DNA of 64,000 nt. It comes from Candidatus Micrarchaeota archaeon. Lineage in GTDB: Archaea > Micrarchaeota > Micrarchaeia > Anstonellales > Bilamarchaeaceae. Under the pieces are notes generated by a model. It was not told where the DNA came from. It was given only the letters and a program-made list of their open reading frames with translations, and did no database searches. The translations under genes and the position numbers were made by a program. The DNA lies in NCBI GenBank assembly GCA_014727925.1, contig WJMN01000025.1, forward strand, positions 2,575 through 66,574. The letters are read 5' to 3'. This document shows, piece after piece, positions 27,016-35,136 of the stretch; positions within the stretch are counted from its first letter, which is position 1, and each line of letters opens with the position of its first letter.

Positions 27016-27780
27016 ATGGGTCTTTACTTTTGGTTTGTCACCCTTTGCGGGCTTATCTACTCAGGCATAATCCAGGTTGTAAGGGGAAAGCTTGTGGACA
27101 TGAAGAGAATGAAGGAAGTCCAGAAAGAGATGAACAGCCTCAACAAGGAATACATTGAAGCAATGAAAAAGAAAAATACCAAAAGGATGGAAGAGATCCA
27201 GGAAAAACAGAACAAGGTAATGCCAGAATTCAACGGGATGATGGTCGGCCAGCTTAAAGTGATGGCAGTCATAATAGTAATATTCATGAGCTTCATGTGG
27301 GCTCTGGGGACAATTGACCCACATAAAACCGATGACGCTACAGTGGAGTTCGCAAAAGAAGGGGGTGCCTGGTGCGGGGAAATCCCGCTTTCAGAAGGGG
27401 AGAAGGGTCCCTGGTATGTTGATGTAAAGGCTTTTGAGGGGGACGCGCAGCGGGCGGAAAACGGGACTGTTGTTTATTCCGGGGTTGATGGTGCGAGCTT
27501 CCTGCCTTCAGGAACAATAAGCGGGGAAAAGATGGATGTTTATTCTGAAAAAGAAAGTTATAGTCAGAACGAAAATGCTGTTGTTTGCGCGGAGCCTCCT
27601 GCATACACAACCCGCGTGGTTGCAACAGCAAACAATGGAACCTGGTTCCATGTGAAGCTCCCATTCCAGATACCAGTCCTTAACACAAGGACGCTGAACG
27701 GAGTGAATATCTGGTTCATCATCGTAGCGTTCGTTGGGGGGATTGGAATAGGCCGGATAAAGTCGGCACTTGAAAAATAG
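27016..27780 (+). CDS. DUF106 / archaeal YidC-Oxa1-like membrane protein with a large TM2-TM3 loop insertion
   Basis: TM1, then a coiled-coil MKRMKEVQKEMNSLNKEYIEAMKKKN..EIQEKQNKVM, TM2, a ~110-aa insert, LPFQIP and TM3. Conserved position between adk and rpl34e. Confidence 0.65.
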   Translation: MGLYFWFVTLCGLIYSGIIQVVRGKLVDMKRMKEVQKEMNSLNKEYIEAMKKKNTKRMEEIQEKQNKVMPEFNGMMVGQLKVMAVIIVIFMSFMWALGTIDPHKTDDATVEFAKEGGAWCGEIPLSEGEKGPWYVDVKAFEGDAQRAENGTVVYSGVDGASFLPSGTISGEKMDVYSEKESYSQNENAVVCAEPPAYTTRVVATANNGTWFHVKLPFQIPVLNTRTLNGVNIWFIIVAFVGGIGIGRIKSALEK

Positions 27781-27788
27781 GTGATAAT

Positions 27789-28106
27789 ATGCCAGAACCA
27801 AGAAACAGGTCAAGTTCAGTACGGAAAAAAAAGGTGAGGGTTCCCTCAGGAGAAAGCAGGGAGCGCTATGAACGCAGAAAAGGCGGAAAAAAGGCATCCT
27901 GTGCCGTCTGTGGGGCAAAGCTCCAGGGCGTACAGAGAAGCGGCCCAAAAAGCGCCAGGCGGCCGGAAAGGAAATTCGGAGGCGCACTATGCCCAAAATG
28001 CCAGGCTAGTGTGGTAAAAGAAGCGGGCAGGGTAAAAGATGGCTTTAAGAGCATAGAGGATGTGGCCATAATTTACCGCAGGTACGTAGAGGGGATACTG
28101 AAATGA
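27789..28106 (+). CDS. rpl34e: 50S ribosomal protein eL34
   Basis: RNRSSSVRKKKVRVPSGESRERYERRK..ASCAVCGAKLQGV. Confidence 0.9.
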   Translation: MPEPRNRSSSVRKKKVRVPSGESRERYERRKGGKKASCAVCGAKLQGVQRSGPKSARRPERKFGGALCPKCQASVVKEAGRVKDGFKSIEDVAIIYRRYVEGILK

Positions 28107-28606
28107 TAATAGCTGTTTCCGGGCTTTCCGGAAGCGGAAAAAACACATTTGGGAAAGCCCTTGCAGAAACGCTGGGCTACCGGGTAGTTTGTCCCACCTT
28201 CAAGGACCTTGCGGATAAGGAGGGGGTTTCCCTGCTGGAATTCCAGAAAATGGCAGGGAAAAACCCGGAAATAGACAAGAAATTTGATGCGTGCCTTAAG
28301 GAAGAGGCAGCAAAGGGGGACTGTGTTGTGACAACCTGGCTCGGCCCATGGATGGTCAATGCGGACTTCCGAATCTGGATAAGTGCTTCTGAAAAAGTGC
28401 GGGCCCGGAGGCTTGCAGAAAGGGAGGGAATCGGAATGGAAGAAGCAGAGGAGCACATTAAAAAAAGGGATGATGATAACAGGAAAAGGTATCTTGAACT
28501 TTATGGAATAAACATCATGGACCACTCGGGATTTGACCTGGAGATAAGCTCGGAAAAATACCGGCCTCCGGAAATGGTTGAAATAGCCCTGAGGGAAATC
28601 AGGTGA
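28103..28606 (+). CDS. cmk: cytidylate kinase, archaeal type
   Basis: P-loop VSGLSGSGKNT, with conserved synteny between rpl34e and rpl14e. Confidence 0.85.
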   Translation: MIIAVSGLSGSGKNTFGKALAETLGYRVVCPTFKDLADKEGVSLLEFQKMAGKNPEIDKKFDACLKEEAAKGDCVVTTWLGPWMVNADFRIWISASEKVRARRLAEREGIGMEEAEEHIKKRDDDNRKRYLELYGINIMDHSGFDLEISSEKYRPPEMVEIALREIR

Positions 28607-28611
28607 AGATT

Positions 28612-28785
28612 ATGGCAGCAATAGAGGAAGGAAGAATTTGCATTAAAAAAATGGGAAAGGATTCAGGAGACGAGGTAGTTATTATAAAAATAATTGATGA
28701 CAATTTCGTGATGGTCAAGGGAGCCAAAGGAAAGGAAAGCAGAGTTAGCATACGGCACATTGAGCCAACTTCCCGCAAGGAATAG
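28612..28785 (+). CDS. rpl14e: 50S ribosomal protein eL14 (short KOW protein)
   Basis: IEEGRICIKKMGKDSGDEVVIIKIIDDNFVMVKG, and the canonical position before cbf5. Confidence 0.75.
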   Translation: MAAIEEGRICIKKMGKDSGDEVVIIKIIDDNFVMVKGAKGKESRVSIRHIEPTSRKE

Positions 28786-28787
28786 GA

Positions 28788-29657
28788 ATGGATGTGCCGG
28801 AACTCCTTGGGTTGGGGGTTGTGGTGCTGGATAAGCCCTGCGGCCCTGTGAGCCATGAGGTTACATCTTGGGTAAAAAAGATGCTCGGGGGAACCAGGGC
28901 AGGTCATGCAGGAACCCTTGACCCTGATGTTTCCGGAGTCCTGCCTGTGGCCCTGGGGAGGGCTACCAAATTATTGAAATACATCTCCGGGAAAAGGAAG
29001 AGGTATGTGGGAATCTGCAAATTCAAAAAAGAGCTTCCGGATGAACACATTGAGGATATTTTTGCAAATTTCCGGGGGGAGATAGAGCAGACTCCCCCCC
29101 TTGTTTCTGCAGTTAAAAGGGTTCCAAGAAAAAGATTTGTATATTCCCTAGAACTCCTGGAAATAAAGGGGAAGAGGGTGCTTTTTGAAGCAAATGTAGA
29201 AGCGGGCACGTACATCCGTACCCTGTGCGAGGACATTGGAAAGGCTGCAGGCACCGAGGCATTCATGGAAGAGCTGAGGAGGACTGCGGTTGGGAGAATA
29301 CGGGAGGAGTCTGCACACACCGTGCAGGAACTCACGGATGCGCACTGGCTCTGGAAAGAAAATGATGACGATTCCCTTTTGAGAAAATGCATCGTGCCTG
29401 TGGATACCCTGCTGCATTTTAGGAGAGTATATGTATATGAAAATGCTGCAGAAAGCCTGGGGAAAGGGGCCCAGCTGATGGCACCCGGGCTTGCGGCTGC
29501 TGAACCGCTTATACGGAAAGGCGAGAAGGTTTCCATTTACACTGCAGACAGGCATGTGTTTGTGGGGGTGGGCGTTGCGCTTTTTGAAGGGGAGGAAATG
29601 AATGAGAAAACACGTGGAAAGGTTGTGAAAAGCGAGAGGATCCAGTTTAGGGTCTAA
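28788..29657 (+). CDS. cbf5: tRNA/rRNA pseudouridine synthase Cbf5 (H/ACA RNP catalytic subunit, TruB family with PUA domain)
   Basis: VVVLDKPCGPVSHEV and the catalytic HAGTLDPDVSGVLPV. C-terminal PUA-like segment. Confidence 0.9.
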   Translation: MDVPELLGLGVVVLDKPCGPVSHEVTSWVKKMLGGTRAGHAGTLDPDVSGVLPVALGRATKLLKYISGKRKRYVGICKFKKELPDEHIEDIFANFRGEIEQTPPLVSAVKRVPRKRFVYSLELLEIKGKRVLFEANVEAGTYIRTLCEDIGKAAGTEAFMEELRRTAVGRIREESAHTVQELTDAHWLWKENDDDSLLRKCIVPVDTLLHFRRVYVYENAAESLGKGAQLMAPGLAAAEPLIRKGEKVSIYTADRHVFVGVGVALFEGEEMNEKTRGKVVKSERIQFRV

Positions 29658-30675
29658 CTTCCTTTTCTGCAAGCTCCTGCCATTTTGCATATATTTCCTT
29701 CTCTGTGCCGTTTTCGGTCTTTAGGGCAATTGTGGAGGTTTCTTCCCCGAATATGCTGGCAAAGTCTCCTTCAAGAGAAACCTCATGGAGGAACAGCCAG
29801 TTGACCATTTCCAGGTCCATCCCTTCTGTGCGGTTCTGGAAAACACCCAGGAACTCAGCCTGTTCATACTCTGAACCAGTAGATGGCCACCCTATTTCAG
29901 TAAAAGCTATGGGCTTGTTGGTGTAGCTATTTATACGGCGGTAATAGCCCGGAGGGAGTTTCTGTGGGGAGCTGTAATGCTTCCAGGGGTATGTTGTAAG
30001 GCCTATGATATCCGAGCGGTTGTCAAACTCTTCTAGCAGCCCCCATTGGCTGTTGTCAAGCAGGTGGGTGTAAGAAAATACCACGAATACTTTTGTTTCA
30101 GGAGAAACTTTCTTGATTTCGGTATAGGCCTCATCATAAAGCGTAATGTAGTGGGGAAGGTCCTCGGGGTGCAGGTAGAAATAATCATTTACTTCATTTC
30201 CAAGTGAGAAATAGCTGGGCCTGAACTCTTCTGCAAGAGTTTTTGCTTCATTTACCCAGGCTTTGCGGAATTTGGGATCTGTGATGTTTGCTGCAGTATG
30301 GTTGGGCCAGCATACCCCATACTGAAAACCTTTTCCGGGAGATTTAGAGAGTGTGGCGAAGTTAAGGGTCAGTACCGGCTCCATTCCGTTGCTCCGTGCA
30401 GCTTCAACTACTCTGGTCTGCCTGAGCCTGGTGCACTGGCCAATGCAGTTCGGGTCGCTCCAGACCATCATCACTTCGCCCAGCCGGCCTGCTTCTTCAT
30501 ATGCATCGACAATGTCTTCAAAAGAAGTTTCCGGCTGGGTTTTGGGTGAAGGCACCAACCCAACATAATAAGAGCGAGTGGCATTCCCACTAATTTGGGG
30601 CAACTCCTCAGCTGGTCCTAGACAGCCGGAAACAAAAGGCAGCAGGAGCATAATAACTAGAGGCATATACCGCAT
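29647..30675 (-). CDS. secreted lipoprotein, putative clan GH-A (TIM-barrel) glycoside hydrolase
   Basis: Signal/lipobox LLLPFVSGCLG. Candidate acid/base motif SLGNEVND and nucleophile motif IAFTEIGWPS with GH-A-like spacing. Specific family not assigned. Confidence 0.55.
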   Translation of the reverse strand: MRYMPLVIMLLLPFVSGCLGPAEELPQISGNATRSYYVGLVPSPKTQPETSFEDIVDAYEEAGRLGEVMMVWSDPNCIGQCTRLRQTRVVEAARSNGMEPVLTLNFATLSKSPGKGFQYGVCWPNHTAANITDPKFRKAWVNEAKTLAEEFRPSYFSLGNEVNDYFYLHPEDLPHYITLYDEAYTEIKKVSPETKVFVVFSYTHLLDNSQWGLLEEFDNRSDIIGLTTYPWKHYSSPQKLPPGYYRRINSYTNKPIAFTEIGWPSTGSEYEQAEFLGVFQNRTEGMDLEMVNWLFLHEVSLEGDFASIFGEETSTIALKTENGTEKEIYAKWQELAEKEVRP

Positions 30676-30736
30676 GAGAAGGGGTTGAGGGGTAAGGAAT
30701 AAAAAGAAATTGGATATGAATAGCTATGCACTTTTT

Positions 30737-30821
30737 GCGGAGATGGCAGAATCTGGTTATCGCGCACGCCTGGAAAGCGTGTGCCCTCACGGGCTTGGGA
30801 GTTCGAATCTCCCTCTCCGCG
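30737..30821 (+). tRNA. tRNA-Ser (anticodon GGA), class II with a long variable arm, no encoded CCA
   Basis: Acceptor GCGGAGA/TCTCCGC. Anticodon stem CACGC/GCGTG with loop CUGGAAA. Variable stem GCCC-TCAC-GGGC. T arm GGGAG-TTCGAAT-CTCCC. Discriminator G. The D stem has an apparent A:C mismatch in my manual fold. Confidence 0.85.
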
Positions 30822-30861
30822 TCAACTTTTATGCCGTTTTACTTCGTGTACAAAATTTGAT

Positions 30862-30896
30862 AAAAACACCGTGTTATGCTGCCTTTTTGCGGAGAG
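30862..30896 (+). repeat. 35-nt direct repeat, copy 1 (leader plus GCGGAGAG)
   Basis: AAAAACACCGTGTTATGCTGCCTTTTTGCGGAGAG. It is 33/35 identical to 31020-31054. Confidence 0.85.
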
Positions 30897-30932
30897 GGGC
30901 TGTGGCCGGAAGGTCACTCAACCCTCTCCGCG
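30889..30932 (+). ncRNA. 44-nt tRNA-Ser-derived acceptor/T-stem minihelix-like hairpin (expression and function unknown)
   Basis: GCGGAGAGGG pairs with CCCTCTCCGC (10 bp). Internal loop, then GUGGCC/GGUCAC (6 bp) capped by GGAA. Unpaired 3' G. Followed by TCGCTTTTTAT. Confidence 0.3.
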
Positions 30933-31019
30933 TCGCTTTTTATCCAGCGTTAGGCTTGTCCAAAAAGCGGACCGTTAAGCTTGCTTCGCGAGAAGAAATC
31001 AATAGATTTCTTGGATCCA

Positions 31020-31054
31020 AAAAACACCGTGTTGCGCTGCCTTTTTGCGGAGAG
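31020..31054 (+). repeat. 35-nt direct repeat, copy 2 (leader plus GCGGAGAG)
   Basis: AAAAACACCGTGTTGCGCTGCCTTTTTGCGGAGAG, lying 158 nt downstream of copy 1. Confidence 0.85.
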
Positions 31055-31102
31055 ATGGGGGGAACTAACCGGAACGCAGTAGCCGGGCAACCAGGTTGCA
31101 TG

Positions 31103-31564
31103 TCAGAGCAGTTCCGGGAGAAAGTAGTATTTAAGTTTCCAGGTTCCGTCCCTGTGGGTAATGCAGAGGGGGGCAGAATTGCGGAAAGCAACAAATGGCT
31201 TTCCTGAAGTGCCATAGAGCAGGAGGGAAGAAAGCTTTTCAAGGTTTGGAAGGTGGCCCACAAAAAAATAGGTTCCTGAAGAATCAAGAGAAGAAAGCTT
31301 GTCCTTTATTATTGAAGGGTCATCCAGAGGCTTCAGGCCCTCAATCTCCCCGGTTTTGCAATTAAGGGATTTTGCAAGGATTTCTGCAGTCTGCCTGGCC
31401 CTGAGCTTGGGAGAATGGAATATTTTGTTGGGAATTCGCTGTATAACAAATGAAAGCTTTTTTGCAATGTCGGATGTTTCCTTCATTCCCCTGGGAGAAA
31501 GCGGACGCTCCGTGTCCTCTTCTTCCGGTTTTGCCTCTCCGTGCTGCACAAGATAAATCTCCAT
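31103..31564 (-). CDS. sixA: SixA-type phosphohistidine phosphatase (histidine phosphatase superfamily)
   Basis: MEIYLVQHGEAKPEE...RPLSPRGMKET and a later GHLP motif. About 150 aa, typical for SixA. Confidence 0.75.
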   Translation of the reverse strand: MEIYLVQHGEAKPEEEDTERPLSPRGMKETSDIAKKLSFVIQRIPNKIFHSPKLRARQTAEILAKSLNCKTGEIEGLKPLDDPSIIKDKLSSLDSSGTYFFVGHLPNLEKLSSLLLYGTSGKPFVAFRNSAPLCITHRDGTWKLKYYFLPELL

Positions 31565-31594
31565 GGCAAGAGGTCGAACGGAAAACTTAAGAAC

Positions 31595-32638
31595 TCAACT
31601 GAAAATTGAGTTCCAGTTCCGCCTTTCCCTGTTTTTCCAGGCTCCCTTGTGGTAAGCATACCCTGCAATCAGTGGCACAACTGTGGTGGCCTCTGCATAA
31701 ACCATCTGTTCGTGGACAGTGTCAACCTTGCCCCATGAACTTGCCTCTTTGAGGGTAGAGCTTGAGCAGGCGCCGTCCCGGACATCTGCAACTGTAATCT
31801 GGACAGCGAATTCGTGCATCGGGACCTCCTTTCCAAGGCACTCAGCACATACAACAGTGTCCTGGGCAAAATTCTTTGGGACGCCTCCCCCGACCATGAA
31901 CAGCCCGGAGGTGGGGGAATTTATCTTGATTTGGGTAAGTTCCCGGAAATCCTTCACTGAATCAATCGCAATATGGCTTTCAGGGTTGGCATCCTGGTGC
32001 ATCACCAGCCCGAAGCCTGCACTGGAATCTGAAAAGGCGGGGCAGAAGATTGGAACGCCATGCTGGTAGGCGAGCTTTACCAGTGAATCCTCCCTCTTTC
32101 CGTTCTCCTCCAGATACCTCCCCATCTCTGTTATGAATTCCCGGGAAGAGTATGGGCGGGGCTCAAGGCCATCTGCTATTTCTTTTATTGTGCTGTCGCA
32201 TGCCTGAAGGTCCTCCTCATCTATGAAAGTATCATAAATCCGGTCTATGTAGAGCTTGCGCAGCTCCTTGTCGTTTACTGCCGGGGTGCCGCGGTAATGG
32301 TGGAACCCGAGAGCCTCAAAAAAATCCATGTCTACTATAGAGGCGCCTGTTGCGACCACTGCATCAACCATGTTGTAGCGCACCATGTCGGAGTAAACCT
32401 TCATGCAACCCCCTGCGCTTGTGCTCCCTGCAAGGCTAAGGATTACTGTGCATCCTGGCTTTTCCAGCATCATATTGAAGATGTCCGCGGCATTTGCCGT
32501 GTCTCTGGAACTGAAGGACATGCCCCTCATTGAATCAACTACCCCTGAAGGGTCAAAGGAGGTTATGTCCACGTGCCTGATTTTTTCCTTTAGGAAGTCT
32601 TCTTTGCCCATATACTGCACCTCTTTTGAAGAAAGCAT
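31595..32638 (-). CDS. dys: deoxyhypusine synthase
   Basis: LSLAGSTSAGG, ATGASIVDMD, GGGVPKNF and SWGK motifs. A TATA-like box lies about 25 nt upstream of the ATG at 32638. Confidence 0.92.
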   Translation of the reverse strand: MLSSKEVQYMGKEDFLKEKIRHVDITSFDPSGVVDSMRGMSFSSRDTANAADIFNMMLEKPGCTVILSLAGSTSAGGCMKVYSDMVRYNMVDAVVATGASIVDMDFFEALGFHHYRGTPAVNDKELRKLYIDRIYDTFIDEEDLQACDSTIKEIADGLEPRPYSSREFITEMGRYLEENGKREDSLVKLAYQHGVPIFCPAFSDSSAGFGLVMHQDANPESHIAIDSVKDFRELTQIKINSPTSGLFMVGGGVPKNFAQDTVVCAECLGKEVPMHEFAVQITVADVRDGACSSSTLKEASSWGKVDTVHEQMVYAEATTVVPLIAGYAYHKGAWKNRERRNWNSIFS

Positions 32639-32657
32639 GGGAATTTTATGGGGAGGG

Positions 32658-32669
32658 TTATATATTTTT
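32658..32669 (-). promoter_or_regulatory. TATA-box candidate for dys
   Basis: The minus strand reads AAAAATATATAA, centred about 25 nt upstream of the ATG at 32638. Confidence 0.4.
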
Positions 32670-32768
32670 GATGGTGTTGTGGGAGCGGCATATTCGGAAG
32701 GGGCGCAAGCAGGTTTAAAAAGATTACTAAGAAATAATAGTCCCTACACTGTTTTCTGAGTGTGACAG

Positions 32769-32783
32769 TATTATCAATAAATT
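32769..32783 (+). promoter_or_regulatory. TATA-box candidate for the rps13 operon
   Basis: TATTATCAATAAATT is centred about 26 nt upstream of the ATG at 32802. Confidence 0.4.
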
Positions 32784-32801
32784 GTGATTCCTGGTGAGTT
32801 A

Positions 32802-33374
32802 ATGGGAAAAGCCAAGAAAAAAGATGTTAAAAAAGAAAAAAAGAAGCCGGAAAAATCCGCTTCGAAAAAGAAGGCCACTCCGGAAGAGGAGGAAGGAATA
32901 AGGGGAATTATAAGGCTGGCCGGAAGAGATGTGATGGGGCAGCTGCCCCTCAAGAGGGCACTGCTTAGGGTAAAGGGCATAGGATATTCCACGAACCGGA
33001 GCGTTGCCCGGATAATTGCAAAAGAAATGAGCGTTGAGCCTGACGTAAAAGTAGGCCGTTTCAGCGATGAGCAGATTGAAAAGATTGACCAGATACTGAC
33101 AAACCTGCAGGATTACGGAATACCTTCCCACCTCATGAACAGGAGAAAGGATAGGGAAACAGGAAAGGACCTGCACAACATTATGAACGACCTTGTGTTC
33201 TCCCAGAGGCAGGACATTGAAGGCGAAAAGAAGCTTTACACGTGGAGAGGCTACAGGCATGCCTACGGGCAGAAAGTACGCGGGCAGAGGACAAAGAACA
33301 CCGGCAGGCACGGAATGTCCCTGGGTGTGATGAGAAAATCCCAGCAGCCAGGAGAGAAGAAAGGCAAGAAATAG
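32802..33374 (+). CDS. rps13: 30S ribosomal protein uS13 with a Lys-rich N-terminal extension
   Basis: The core is IRLAGRDVMGQLPLKRALLRVKGIGYSTNRSVARII. About 35 aa of GKAKKKDVKKEKKKPEKSASKKK precede it. Confidence 0.93.
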   Translation: MGKAKKKDVKKEKKKPEKSASKKKATPEEEEGIRGIIRLAGRDVMGQLPLKRALLRVKGIGYSTNRSVARIIAKEMSVEPDVKVGRFSDEQIEKIDQILTNLQDYGIPSHLMNRRKDRETGKDLHNIMNDLVFSQRQDIEGEKKLYTWRGYRHAYGQKVRGQRTKNTGRHGMSLGVMRKSQQPGEKKGKK

Positions 33375-33384
33375 GTGAATCTGA

Positions 33385-33942
33385 ATGGGAGACCCCAGAC
33401 AACTCAAAAACAAGTATGAGAGGCCCAAGAGGCTTTGGGAAAGCAAGAGGATTGCTGAGGAAAAGGCCATCAAAAGGGAATATGGCCTCAAGACCATGAA
33501 AGAGATATGGGTAATGAACCAGGAGCTTAAGAGAGTGAGGCGTGCAGCAAGAAGGCTTCTCTCACTTACTGAGGAAGAGCGTGAACGGGACCTCCCAAAG
33601 CTTATGGGAAAACTCGCAAAACTCGGGATTCTGGAGGAAAATGCAAAGCTGGAGCAGGTGCTTTCGCTTACAGTAAGGGATATCCTTGAGAGAAGGCTCC
33701 AGACAAGGGTCCAGAGAAAAGGCCTTGCAAAAACAACAAAGCAGGCAAGGCAGCTGATTACCCATGGATTTGTTTCTGTGGGCGGAAGGAAAATCCGCTC
33801 TCCCAGCTACCTTGTTCAGATAGCAGAAGATGATTCCATTTCATATTATAAGAAATTTGAGCTTGAGCAGCCGGAGCCGGAAGAAGAGGCAGCAGCAGAA
33901 GCAAAAGAGCCCGAGAAAAAAGAAGAGGGGGCTGCTGAATAA
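33385..33942 (+). CDS. rps4: 30S ribosomal protein uS4
   Basis: [17 protein letters not shown]...[40 protein letters not shown]. Acidic tail. Confidence 0.93.
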   Translation: MGDPRQLKNKYERPKRLWESKRIAEEKAIKREYGLKTMKEIWVMNQELKRVRRAARRLLSLTEEERERDLPKLMGKLAKLGILEENAKLEQVLSLTVRDILERRLQTRVQRKGLAKTTKQARQLITHGFVSVGGRKIRSPSYLVQIAEDDSISYYKKFELEQPEPEEEAAAEAKEPEKKEEGAAE

Positions 33943-33953
33943 AGGTGAAGATT

Positions 33954-34535
33954 ATGGCTGAAGAAAAAGAAGATGCAAAAAAGGCAGAGGGGGAAGCAGG
34001 GCAGGAAGAGGTAAAAAAGGAGGCTCCAAAACCAGAAAAAAAAGAGGATGCAAAGGAAGAGCCGGTGAAAGAGAAAAAAGAGGAATCTTCTTCAGAAAAG
34101 CCGGAGGCTTCAGGCGAAGAAGAGGTAAAAAAGGAAACAAAGAAAAAGAAGCCGGGCAAGCTTGCAGTTGTGCATGTTTACTCCTCCAAAAATGATACGA
34201 TTATTACCGCAACAGACATAAGCGGTGCAGAAACCCTCTCCTGGGCAAGCGGCGGAATGATGGTTAAGTCTTCAAGAGAGGAAGGGAAACCATATGCAGC
34301 AATGCAGGCGGCCCAGAAAGTTGTTGGGGACCTCAAGGAGAAGGGTGTGGATACAGTCCACATAAAAATCCGCGCACCAGGCGGAAACGGCCAGAAAACC
34401 CCTGGTTCCGGTGCAAAGGCAGTGGTGAGGGCCATTGCAAGGATGAAAGTAAGAGTAGGGAGAATTGAAGATGTTACACCGGTGCCAACTGACTCCATGA
34501 AGAGAGCAGGGGGAAGGCGCGGAAGAAGGGTGTAG
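33954..34535 (+). CDS. rps11: 30S ribosomal protein uS11 with a ~65-aa Lys/Glu-rich N-terminal extension
   Basis: The core is [30 protein letters not shown]...[12 protein letters not shown]. It is preceded by [22 protein letters not shown]... Confidence 0.93.
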   Translation: MAEEKEDAKKAEGEAGQEEVKKEAPKPEKKEDAKEEPVKEKKEESSSEKPEASGEEEVKKETKKKKPGKLAVVHVYSSKNDTIITATDISGAETLSWASGGMMVKSSREEGKPYAAMQAAQKVVGDLKEKGVDTVHIKIRAPGGNGQKTPGSGAKAVVRAIARMKVRVGRIEDVTPVPTDSMKRAGGRRGRRV

Positions 34536-34539
34536 CCCA

Positions 34540-35115
34540 ATGAAAACAGAACTCATTGAATCAAAAGGAAACTGCCTTTCTATGAAAGTGGAGGGGGTTA
34601 GCACCTCCCTCGTAAATGCAGTAAGGAGATATTGCATCGGGCAGGTGGAAGTGCTGGCTGTTGACTCGGTCACCATGTATGAGAATACATCTTCTATGTT
34701 TGATGAATATGTGACCCACAGGATTGGGCTTCTTCCCCTCATAAGCCCCAAAGGGATTAAGGAAGGGATGGAAGTTTCATTTTCGCTGGATGAAAGCGGG
34801 CCAAAAGTTGTTTACTCGGGGGACCTCAAAACAACGGACAAGGATGTGAAAGTTGCAAAGGAGAGGATACCCATAATAACTCTTTTTGAAAACCAGAATC
34901 TCAGGCTTGAATGCAAGGCAATTGTGGGGACCGGGCAGACTCATGCAAAATTCCAGTCCGGAATCGCAGCATACGGGGAAGAAGGAAAGGAAGAGTTTGT
35001 GTTCAAGGCGGAGAGCTTTTATCAGATGAAGCCTAAGGAGCTGGTTGTCAGGGCCTGCAAAAAGCTGGAAAAGGATATTTCAGACCTGGCAAAGGCAGTC
35101 AAAAAAGCCAAATAG
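34540..35115 (+). CDS. rpoD: DNA-directed RNA polymerase subunit D (Rpo3), short form
   Basis: VEGVSTSLVNAVRRYCIGQVEVLAVDSV..YENTSSMFDEYVTHRIGLLPL, in canonical position after rps11. Confidence 0.88.
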   Translation: MKTELIESKGNCLSMKVEGVSTSLVNAVRRYCIGQVEVLAVDSVTMYENTSSMFDEYVTHRIGLLPLISPKGIKEGMEVSFSLDESGPKVVYSGDLKTTDKDVKVAKERIPIITLFENQNLRLECKAIVGTGQTHAKFQSGIAAYGEEGKEEFVFKAESFYQMKPKELVVRACKKLEKDISDLAKAVKKAK

Positions 35116-35136
35116 GGCCTAGTTGGAGGCGGAAAA

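Noticed and set aside
30889-30932. CCGGAAGG apical loop as an SRP RNA helix 8 fragment
   Set aside because: Only the GGAA tetraloop is shared. The surrounding ~200 nt are A/T-rich and lack the other SRP RNA helices, and the stem is clearly derived from the tRNA-Ser acceptor.
30862-31054. Repeats as attL/attR of an integrated element targeting tRNA-Ser
   Set aside because: The copies are only 158 nt apart with no coding capacity between them, and no integrase lies nearby. An ancient excision scar cannot be fully excluded.
31047-31102. Third GCGGAGAG unit as the 5' half of a split or intron-containing tRNA
   Set aside because: I tried to fold D and anticodon arms and found no consistent stems. 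No matching TCTCCGC 3' strand or T-arm occurs downstream. It overlaps the 3' flank of sixA. I treat it only as a 5' fragment or leader duplicate.
30710-31207. 165-aa plus-strand ORF (and the ORF at 30781-30978) spanning the tRNA region
   Set aside because: It reads straight through a well-formed tRNA-Ser and its repeat units, and it has a TTG start. This is an artefact of a stop-free non-coding stretch.
34540-35115. Short RpoD lacking the Fe-S domain as an anomaly
   Set aside because: As far as I recall, short cluster-free ~190-aa D subunits occur in several archaeal lineages. This is not unusual enough to report.
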